A stretch of 64,000 bases of DNA, from NCBI GenBank assembly GCA_021299385.1, contig JAJTGZ010000006.1, forward strand, positions 9,926 through 73,925, written 5' to 3'. Within the stretch, counting starts at the first letter, position 1; each line of letters starts with the position of its first letter. Positions 10,020 through 17,595 of this stretch are shown in pieces. Source of the stretch: Phycisphaeraceae bacterium (lineage in GTDB: Bacteria; Planctomycetota; Phycisphaerae; Phycisphaerales; UBA1924). The notes beneath the pieces are model-generated. The model made no database searches and was not told the DNA's origin. It saw nothing but the letters and a program-made list of their open reading frames with translations. The position numbers were made by a program, and so were the translations under genes.

Positions 10020-10732
10020 GGGCGATGGTATTGCAGGAGTGTGGGGGCGGGGTGCGCTGGGGACCAGGTGGTTGGTTTGGCCGTGGCGGCGTTGAGGATG
10101 GGGAGGAAGTGCTCGTGGGGGATTTCGACGATGCCGAACTGCTGCATGTGGGGGTTGGCCAGTTGGGTGTCCAGGAGGGCAAAGCCGCGTGCGCGGAGGT
10201 GGTGCCAGAGGTGCAGGAGGCAGGCTTTGCTGGCGTTGGAGCCGCCGAGGTGTGGGAGGGAGAACATGCTCTCGCCGAAGAAGGCCGCGCCGAGGTGAAC
10301 GCCGTAGAGGCCACCGACGAGGGTGTGGGTTGATTCGGTGGGGAGGGAGGGGGTGTGGGTGGGGGCGTCGGCTTTGGGGAGCCAGGCTTCGACGCTGTGG
10401 GCGTGCCCGGCGTGGTAGAGGTGTGTGTAGGCGTCGATGATCCAGTCGTTGATCCAGGTGCCAGGCTCGGCACGGGGGGTGTCGGCGCAGTGGGTGATGA
10501 CGCGGCTGAAGCAGGCATCGGTGGTGATGACGAACCGGCCGGAGGTGAAGACTTGGCGGAGGGAGCGCGGGGCGCGGAAGGCGCCGTCGGCGAGCGGGAG
10601 GATCGAGCGGGCGGGGGCGGTGTAGAACTCGACGCGGCCGTGCCTGCTGCTGGCCATCGGGAAGGCGCCCTGGGCGTACGCGGCCAGGAGGATCGGGGTG
10701 GTTTTGTGGGGTTGTGGGCCTCGGCGGGGCAT
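10016..10732 (-). CDS. aat: leucyl/phenylalanyl-tRNA--protein transferase
   Basis: 'LLAAYAQGAFPM', 'TWINDWIIDAYTHLYHAGHAHSVE' and 'GGLYGVHLGAAFFGESMFS' are Aat hallmarks. Confidence 0.85.
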   Translation of the reverse strand: MPRRGPQPHKTTPILLAAYAQGAFPMASSRHGRVEFYTAPARSILPLADGAFRAPRSLRQVFTSGRFVITTDACFSRVITHCADTPRAEPGTWINDWIIDAYTHLYHAGHAHSVEAWLPKADAPTHTPSLPTESTHTLVGGLYGVHLGAAFFGESMFSLPHLGGSNASKACLLHLWHHLRARGFALLDTQLANPHMQQFGIVEIPHEHFLPILNAATAKPTTWSPAHPAPTLLQYHRP

Positions 10733-10804
10733 GACATTTCATAGGGGCGTTGCCGGCGCGGTGCGGACGCTAAACTTCGGCCCGACTAACCGGCCAAGTT
10801 ACTG

Positions 10805-10840
10805 ATTTGACCATTTGGCGATTTGACCATTTGACCATTT
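10805..10840 (+). repeat. Short tandem array of TTTGACCAT units upstream of icd
   Basis: TTTGACCAT occurs at 10805 and 10821, and TTGACCAT at 10830, immediately 5' of the AGGAG RBS and ATG 10860. Confidence 0.7.
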
Positions 10841-10859
10841 TGTATCAGGAGACCACACG

Positions 10860-12344
10860 ATGTCCAACCTCACGATTGCGCTGGCCAAGGGGGACGGGAT
10901 CGGCCCGGAGATCATGGACGCGACCATCGAGTTGTTCAAGCACGCGGGCGTGAGCAAGCACCTGGACTTTGTGCCCGTGGAGATGGGCAAGGCCGTGTTT
11001 GACAAGGGGAACAGCAAGGGGATGACCGACGAGGCGATCAAGGCCGTCGAGGAGTTGGGGCTGGTGTTTAAGGGTCCGATGGAGACGCCCAAGGGTGGCG
11101 GGGGCAAGAGCATCAACGTAACGCTGCGGAAGATGTTCAACGCGTACGCGAACCTGCGGACGTTCAAGACGCTGCCGGGGGTTCACACGGTGTATTCCAA
11201 GGCGGGGGTGAACATCGACCTGACGATCGTGCGTGAGAACATCGAGGACACCTACGGCGGCGTCGAGCACCGCCTCAGCAACGACATGATCCAGTGCAAG
11301 CGGCTCATCAGCGCGCCCGGCTCAGACGAGGTGCACCGCTTCGCCCTGCAAACGGCACGGAAACTGGGGATCAAAAAGGTCCACTGCGGGCACAAAGCCA
11401 ACATCATGAAGATGACCGACGGGCTGTTTTTGGAGCGGTTTAAGGCGATGGGGAAGGATTTTCCGGAGTTGGAACTCGGCGATGTGATTGTGGATGCGTT
11501 GTGCATGAACCTGGTGATCAAGCCGGGGCAGTATGCGATGGTGGTGCTGCCGAACTTGCAGGGGGACATTGTGTCGGACCTGTGCGCGGGGCTGGTTGGT
11601 GGGCTTGGGTTTGCGCCATCGGCGAACATCGGCAAGCACGTGTCGCTGTTTGAGGCCGTGCACGGGACGGCGCCGGATATCGCGGGCAAGGGGATCGCCA
11701 ACCCGACGGCGTTGATTTTGTCTGGGTTGATGATGCTGCGGCATGTGGGGATGCTCGGGCACGCGGGGGTGATCGAGAACGCGTTGCTGTGTGCGCTGGA
11801 GCAGGGCGTTCGGACGGGGGACTTTGGGGACCCGTCCAAGCCCGTGCTGAGCACGAAGCAGTTTATTGCCGGGGTGGTTGATCGCCTTGGGAGCAAGCCG
11901 GCGAGCGTGCCGGGGGTTGCTGAGAGCGGGCTGGGTGGGCCAACGTTTACGCGAGCGTCCAAGCCGGTGCATCAGGAGGTGATCCGTACGTTTACGAATG
12001 TGGTTACGCAGGTGGTGGGGTGTGATATATATATTGATACACCGATGAGCACGGGTACGGTGGCCGAGGAGATGCAGCGGATCTGTGCCGATACGCCGTT
12101 CCGGCTGACGATCATCAGCAACCGCGGGACGCAGGTGTGGCCGACGGGGACGATTTATACTGAGTGTGTGGACTATTACCGCACGCGGTTTGAGTTGCGT
12201 GAGGGGGTGTTGCCTGGGAGCTTTGGGCAGAGCCGGTGCGTGGCGTTGATGGACCGGGTGGCGGAGAAGTTTACGATCTGTTCGTACGAGCTGCTGCGGA
12301 CGTTCGATGGGATCAAGGGGTTTTCGCTGGCGCAGGGGCAGTGA
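10860..12344 (+). CDS. isocitrate/isopropylmalate dehydrogenase family enzyme, probably isocitrate dehydrogenase, with a C-terminal extension of about 130 aa
   Basis: 'ALAKGDGIGPEIM', 'SINVTLRKMFNAYANLR', 'IVRENIEDTYGG' and 'GDIVSDLCAGLVGGLG' are present. Confidence 0.75.
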   Translation: MSNLTIALAKGDGIGPEIMDATIELFKHAGVSKHLDFVPVEMGKAVFDKGNSKGMTDEAIKAVEELGLVFKGPMETPKGGGGKSINVTLRKMFNAYANLRTFKTLPGVHTVYSKAGVNIDLTIVRENIEDTYGGVEHRLSNDMIQCKRLISAPGSDEVHRFALQTARKLGIKKVHCGHKANIMKMTDGLFLERFKAMGKDFPELELGDVIVDALCMNLVIKPGQYAMVVLPNLQGDIVSDLCAGLVGGLGFAPSANIGKHVSLFEAVHGTAPDIAGKGIANPTALILSGLMMLRHVGMLGHAGVIENALLCALEQGVRTGDFGDPSKPVLSTKQFIAGVVDRLGSKPASVPGVAESGLGGPTFTRASKPVHQEVIRTFTNVVTQVVGCDIYIDTPMSTGTVAEEMQRICADTPFRLTIISNRGTQVWPTGTIYTECVDYYRTRFELREGVLPGSFGQSRCVALMDRVAEKFTICSYELLRTFDGIKGFSLAQGQ

Positions 12345-12366
12345 GGGGCTGCTTGCAAAAACCAAA

Positions 12367-12389
12367 GCCACGGGCTGGGAGCCCGTGGC
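12367..12389. terminator. GC-rich hairpin between convergent genes (putative bidirectional terminator)
   Basis: GCCACGGGCT-GGG-AGCCCGTGGC lies between the icd stop (12344) and the MCP stop (12411). There is no strong U-tract. Confidence 0.45.
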
Positions 12390-12410
12390 AGAGGGTTGTG
12401 GGATGGTTTC

Positions 12411-14330
12411 TTAGGGGTTCAGGCGTGCGAGGTCGGGTGAGGGGGGTTCAAAGTGGAGGCCGGCGTGGTCGGCGTTGTTGTGTTTGCTGATCCAGCGGAC
12501 GGTGGCGGGGAGTTTGAAGGGGCGTCCGAGTGCTGTGAACTCGAGGAGGGCGGGCTGTCCCATGGCGAGTTTGTGGCCTGAGTGAAGGGAGATCGATGCG
12601 CCGTCGGGGTTGATGTCCAGGATGGATCCGAGGCTGGAGGGGATGGGCTGTGCGAGGGCGATGCGTGGGTAGTCTGAGCGTCGGCGTTCGACCTGGAAGC
12701 GTGCGACGAGTTGTTTGAGTTGTCGGCTGCTTTGGGCCATGTCGGCGGTGGACTTGGCGGTGAGGGTGCTGGTGCTTTCGAGCTGCTCGGCGGCGGAGCT
12801 GACCTGGCGGACGCCGTCGCGGAGGTTTTCGCCCATACGTGCCTGGTCGGCGGCGTTGGTGGCGATCTCGGTGATGAGGTTGCCTGTGGTGCTGGCCTGC
12901 TCGACGATGCGTTTGAGGCTCTCGGTGGTGTTCTGTGCGGCGGTGATGCCGAGCTTGACCTCTTCGGTGCCTTTAACGATGCTCTCGACGGAGCCGGCGG
13001 TCATGGTCTGGATTTCGCCGATGGAGTCGCTGACTTGTTTGGTGGCGGCGGTGGTTCTTTCGGCGAGTTTTCGTACCTCGTCGGCGACGACGGCAAAGCC
13101 CCGGCCGTGCTCGCCGGCGCGTGCGGCTTCGATGGCGGCGTTGAGTGCCAGGAGGTTGGTCTGGTCGGCGATGTCGTTGATGACGGCGATGATCTGGCCG
13201 ATCTCTCGGCTGCGTTCGCCGAGTTTACCGACGCTGCGTGCGCCGTCGGAGACGGTCGTGTCGATGCGGCCCATGCCCTCGATGGTCTGTGCGACGTCCT
13301 TGTCGCCCTGGCCGGCCATCTCGCCCGTGCGTTTAGCGGCGTCGTTGGCCTTGCGTGAGCTCTCGGCGATCTGGCCCGCTGAGGTGCACATATCGTTGAC
13401 GCCGTCGAGCATCTTGCGGAGATTCTCGTTCTGGTGCTGTGTTGCGCGGAGGCCCTCGGCTGCGCTGCTGGAGATTTGGTCGGCGCTGGCGCCGAGGTCG
13501 GTGGCCATTTCTTCGATCTTCAGGACCATGCCGTTGACGCAGGCGAGGAAGTTGTTGAAGTTCTCGGCCAGCTGACCGATCTCGGAGCGGTCGCCCCCGA
13601 CGTGCAGTTTGGTGCGGAGGTCGCCGGTGCCGTCGGCGACGCTGTGCATGGCGGTGCTGAGCCTGCCGATGGGGCGGAGGATGCTGCGCATCATGACGTA
13701 AGCGAGGGGGATGATCGACAGGCCGATGACGATCGCCATGATGATCGACTGTGTAACGGCGGCGGCGACGGACCCGGAGGCCTGCGTGGTGATCTGTCCG
13801 CTGGTCTTGATCGCCAGTTCAGAGGCGACGCGCACGGCGGCGAGGTGGGTCTGGAAGAGCGGGTCGATGCGGTCGTGCATCAGGGCCTGGGCGGCCTTGG
13901 TGTCGCCTTTTTGCACGGCGGGGATGAGTTGCTGGCGGATGATGGTGATCAGTTCGCGGGCCGGGATGGCCGCGTCTGTGAAGATGGCGGTGCGGACCTC
14001 GGGGTCGAGTGGCTGGTTGGCCCAGTGCTTCTCGCGGGCCTCGAACTCGCCGGCGATGCGCTGGATGTCTTGGATGATGGTGGTTTGTTTTTGGGCGTCG
14101 GTCTCGGCGGCGAGGCGCCCCGCGGTGCTGAAGAGCTCGATGACGAACAGCGGGGGTGGGAGGATGTCGGCGATGAGTTCCTGCTGGCGCGAGAGGGTGT
14201 TGGCAAGGTCGCTGCCGATGCGCACCTTTTTGATGGTGTCAAAGAGCAGCGCGGCGTTGATCGCGCCGCCTATGACCGGGATGATGACCAACAGGAGCAG
14301 ACGCTGGCGGACGCTGAGTTTGGAGATCAT
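12411..14330 (-). CDS. methyl-accepting chemotaxis protein with a C-terminal PilZ-like domain
   Basis: It has an N-terminal TM helix and a HAMP region ('[21 protein letters not shown]'). The signalling hairpin is '[38 protein letters not shown]'. The C-terminus carries 'ERRRSDYPR...DINPDGASI' (RxxxR ... D/NxSxxG-like). Start is ATG 14330. Confidence 0.85.
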   Translation of the reverse strand: MISKLSVRQRLLLLVIIPVIGGAINAALLFDTIKKVRIGSDLANTLSRQQELIADILPPPLFVIELFSTAGRLAAETDAQKQTTIIQDIQRIAGEFEAREKHWANQPLDPEVRTAIFTDAAIPARELITIIRQQLIPAVQKGDTKAAQALMHDRIDPLFQTHLAAVRVASELAIKTSGQITTQASGSVAAAVTQSIIMAIVIGLSIIPLAYVMMRSILRPIGRLSTAMHSVADGTGDLRTKLHVGGDRSEIGQLAENFNNFLACVNGMVLKIEEMATDLGASADQISSSAAEGLRATQHQNENLRKMLDGVNDMCTSAGQIAESSRKANDAAKRTGEMAGQGDKDVAQTIEGMGRIDTTVSDGARSVGKLGERSREIGQIIAVINDIADQTNLLALNAAIEAARAGEHGRGFAVVADEVRKLAERTTAATKQVSDSIGEIQTMTAGSVESIVKGTEEVKLGITAAQNTTESLKRIVEQASTTGNLITEIATNAADQARMGENLRDGVRQVSSAAEQLESTSTLTAKSTADMAQSSRQLKQLVARFQVERRRSDYPRIALAQPIPSSLGSILDINPDGASISLHSGHKLAMGQPALLEFTALGRPFKLPATVRWISKHNNADHAGLHFEPPSPDLARLNP

Positions 14331-14607
14331 GTGCGGCCTCTCTATGGCGTGGTCGTGAACGCGGCGCGGCTGGGTGTGCACGTACGCACCCGGCTGCGGG
14401 CCGGGGGAGCATCGTCGAGCGTCGGTAGGGACTAGAGGTGCAGGCAGAAAATCACCCACAGGGGTGGTCGAGTGAGGTGTCGCGGTGAGGTGGCCGGGTG
14501 ATAGGGAGTGTGCGGCGTTGACTATACTTGTGCGCCGGCGCCACCCCCGCCGGTTTGTGGGATCAACCACCTAGCCAGGGGGGCTTGGCGATGCTGGAGA
14601 CAGATCA

Positions 14608-15771
14608 ATGGCGAGCGGCAACAGCAACGGGAAGTGGACAAAGAAGCAGTTGCTTTCGCGTCCGGTCAAGCACATCGACATCACGGCCTTTGACGGGCGG
14701 TTGATCATCGACGGGTATCGTGAGATGGCGTATTCGGCGCGGACGCTGGCCAAGGCGGCGGATATCTACAGCATGATGCTCAGGGACGCCGGGTGCGCGG
14801 TGATTGTTACGCTGGCCGGTTCGCTGGTCTCGGCGGGTCTTAAGCGTGCGCTCATCACGCTGGTTGAGAACAACATGGTCGATGCGATCGTGAGCACGGG
14901 GGCGAACATCGTCGACCAGGACTTCTTTGAGGGGCTGGGGTACAAGCACTACATCGCTCCGGGCAGCCCGGAGGCGCCGCCGGTGGACGACATGACACTG
15001 CGGGATTTGATGATCGACCGGATTTACGACACGTATATTGATGAGGACGACCTGCGTGCGTGCGACGCGGCGACGCACGAGATCTTCAACGACTTTGCAC
15101 CCGGGGCGTATTCGTCGCGTGAGTTTATCGAGGCGATGGGTGCGTACCTGGTCAAGCACCACGGGCGCAACGAGAGCATCGTCAAGTCGTGCTACCAGAA
15201 GCGCGTGCCGATCTTTGTGCCGGCGTTCAGCGACTGCTCGGCGGGGTTCGGGATCGTGCTGCAGCAGACCGAGGCGATCGAGCAGGGGCGTGGGCAGGTG
15301 GCCTTTGACAGCGGCAAGGACTTCCGCGAGCTCACGGACATCAAGCTGGCGTGCAAGGAGACGGGGCTGCTGATGCTCGGCGGGGGCGTGCCCAAGAACT
15401 TTGCGCAGGACATCGTGGTGGCGGCGGAGCTGCTCAGCGAGCGCAAGGGCGGGAAAGCGCGCGGGGACATCGGGATGCACAAGTATGCGATCCAGATGAC
15501 GGTGGCCGACTCGCGCGACGGTGCGCTGTCGGGCAGCACGCTGCGCGAGGCGTGCAGCTGGGGGAAGGTGGACGTGGTGCACGAGCAGATGGTCTTTGGC
15601 GAGCTGTCGGCACTGCTGCCGGTGCTGGCGAGCGATGCGTACCACCGCGGTGCGTGGAAGAAGCGCAAGGGGTTCAAGTTTGCGGACTTGTTTGGCAGGA
15701 CGCTCGGTGCGCCGGAATATGCCGGGGGTGGGCGGGTTGTCTCCAAGGGGAAGAAGTTGGTGGGCAGGTAA
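14608..15771 (+). CDS. deoxyhypusine synthase-like protein
   Basis: 'TLAGSLVSAGLK...MVDAIVSTGANIVDQDFFE' and 'MLGGGVPKNF' match the DHS family. Confidence 0.75.
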   Translation: MASGNSNGKWTKKQLLSRPVKHIDITAFDGRLIIDGYREMAYSARTLAKAADIYSMMLRDAGCAVIVTLAGSLVSAGLKRALITLVENNMVDAIVSTGANIVDQDFFEGLGYKHYIAPGSPEAPPVDDMTLRDLMIDRIYDTYIDEDDLRACDAATHEIFNDFAPGAYSSREFIEAMGAYLVKHHGRNESIVKSCYQKRVPIFVPAFSDCSAGFGIVLQQTEAIEQGRGQVAFDSGKDFRELTDIKLACKETGLLMLGGGVPKNFAQDIVVAAELLSERKGGKARGDIGMHKYAIQMTVADSRDGALSGSTLREACSWGKVDVVHEQMVFGELSALLPVLASDAYHRGAWKKRKGFKFADLFGRTLGAPEYAGGGRVVSKGKKLVGR

Positions 15772-15804
15772 GGGGTGGTGTGAGGCTTTTCAAGGCAGAG
15801 GCAT

Positions 15805-15920
15805 TTCACCACAGAGGCACTGAGGCACAGAGAACGGCTGATGCTTGAGGTTTGTCATTGCTGCACAACCCCTGCATCTCTCTTCTCTGTGTCTCTGTGA
15901 CTCTGTGACTCTGTGGTGAA
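15805..15920. repeat. Inverted repeat of the TTCACCACAGAGGCACTGAGGCACAGAGAA family
   Basis: The left arm is 15805-15834 and the right arm (TCTCTTCTCTGTGTCTCTGTGACTCTGTGACTCTGTGGTGAA) is about 15877-15920. It lies between convergent genes. Confidence 0.8.
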
Positions 15921-15973
15921 ACGCCTTTGTCTTTCCGGATCGTGCGGGTTGGGATGGTGCAGTGCGCGGGGGT

Positions 15974-16915
15974 TTAGCGTGGTTGGACTGGGGTGCCTGG
16001 GGTGAGGGGTCGGCTGCGGGTGAAGTCTTGGAAGGTCATGGGTTGGCCTGAGTCGGGCTGGAGTTGGAGGATTTCGAGGTTGCCGGGGGCGCAGGAGATG
16101 AGGGCGGGGTTGGTGGAGAGGAGTGTGCCGGGAGTTGGGTTGTTGCTGGGCTGTGTGTGCGTGGCGACGCGGAGGAGTTTGACGGGGTGTGGGCCGATCT
16201 GGCAGCGGACGCCGGGCCAGGGGGTGAGGGCGTGGATTTGTCGGCGGAGGTCCTCGGCGGGGCGTGCGAAGTTGAGCAGGGCGTCGGCCTTGCTGAGTTT
16301 GCGGGCCTTGGTTACGAGCGTTTCGTCCTGGGCGTGGGCGTTGAGCGTGCCGGCGGCGTGCTGGGCGAGGACGCCCAGGACGAGGGCGGGGCCGTCGTTG
16401 GCGAGCAGGTCGTGCAGTTCGCCGGCGGTGGTTGCGGGGTCGATGGGCCGGCGGGACTGGGCGAGGATCAGGCCCGCGTCCATACGCTGGGCGAGTGTGA
16501 TGACAGAGTTGCCCGTAACGTCGTCGCCGGCGAGGACCGCGGCGTTGATCGGCGCGGCGCCGCGCCAGCGCGGGAGCAGGCTGGCGTGCAGGTTGATGGC
16601 GAAGAGGCCGTCGAGGAGTTCGGGGCCGAGTTTTTGGCCGAAGGCGATGACGACGCAGGCGGAGGGGGCCAGTGCGCGGAGCTGGTTGCGTACGGGCGTG
16701 GCGTTGATGTCGTCGGGCTTGAAGACGGGCACGCTTGGCAGGTTTGCCCAGGCGTATTGGGCGACGGGTGTGGGTGTGAGTTTCATCCCTCGCCCGGCGG
16801 GTTTGTCGGGCTGGGTGGCGATGGCGAGGATGTTGTGCGTGCGGGCGAGGGCGGCGAGGGTGGGGACGCCGAAAGCGCCCGAGCCGAGGAAGATGATCGG
16901 CTGGGGGGCGTTCAC
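15974..16915 (-). CDS. fmt: methionyl-tRNA formyltransferase
   Basis: 'IIFLGSGAFGVPTL', 'QPDKPAGRGMKLTPTPV' and 'NLHASLLPRWRGAAPI' are present. Confidence 0.9.
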   Translation of the reverse strand: MNAPQPIIFLGSGAFGVPTLAALARTHNILAIATQPDKPAGRGMKLTPTPVAQYAWANLPSVPVFKPDDINATPVRNQLRALAPSACVVIAFGQKLGPELLDGLFAINLHASLLPRWRGAAPINAAVLAGDDVTGNSVITLAQRMDAGLILAQSRRPIDPATTAGELHDLLANDGPALVLGVLAQHAAGTLNAHAQDETLVTKARKLSKADALLNFARPAEDLRRQIHALTPWPGVRCQIGPHPVKLLRVATHTQPSNNPTPGTLLSTNPALISCAPGNLEILQLQPDSGQPMTFQDFTRSRPLTPGTPVQPR

Positions 16916-17481
16916 TGGCCGGCCTCGAGGGCCTTGACCTTGGTGCGGATTTTCAGGCGTGCGCCCTGGGTCATTCGGTCGAGGATGAGTGTGCCTTGGA
17001 GGTGGTCAAACTCGTGCTGGATGCAGCGTGCGAGCAGCCCGGCGGCGCGGAGGGTGAACGGTTGGCCTTGCAGGTCTGTCGCGGCGACGGTGATGATCTC
17101 GGGGCGGAGGACGTCGCCACGGATATCCGGGAGGCTCAGACACCCTTCTTCATAGGTGCACAGTGGGCCTTCGGGCTTGCTGAGTGTGGGGTTGATGAAG
17201 GTGATGGGGCCGCGCGTGGCCGAGGGCGGGTCGGCGTCGGGGGTGCGTGGGTCTTCGTCTTCGTCGCCTTCAAACGCGGGGATATCGAGGATGAACATGC
17301 GCCAGGGGAGTGCGACCTGGGGTGCGGCCAGGCCTATGCCGGGGGCTTGACGCATCAGTTCGAGCATGCGCATGGCGACGGCCCGGACTTCGTCGTTGAC
17401 CTCGGCGACGGGCTTAGCCGTCTGGCGGAGGACGGGGTGCGGGTAGTGGACGATTGTCAGATGCTCGATGGCAACGGGCAT
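16912..17481 (-). CDS. def: peptide deformylase
   Basis: 'GIGLAAPQV', 'EGCLSLP' and 'HEFDHL' are all present. Start is ATG 17481, and there is a 4-nt overlap with fmt. The annotated 597-aa ORF is an upstream artefact. Confidence 0.9.
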   Translation of the reverse strand: MPVAIEHLTIVHYPHPVLRQTAKPVAEVNDEVRAVAMRMLELMRQAPGIGLAAPQVALPWRMFILDIPAFEGDEDEDPRTPDADPPSATRGPITFINPTLSKPEGPLCTYEEGCLSLPDIRGDVLRPEIITVAATDLQGQPFTLRAAGLLARCIQHEFDHLQGTLILDRMTQGARLKIRTKVKALEAGQ

Positions 17482-17595
17482 GTGCGATGGTAGGAAAGTG
17501 GGTGGTCGCGGGGGCTTGGGCGGGGGGGTTGGGAGCGGTGGGTTGGGAGCGGGCCGGGGGGTGAGGCTGAGTCGGCATGAGTAAACTGGCCCCGC

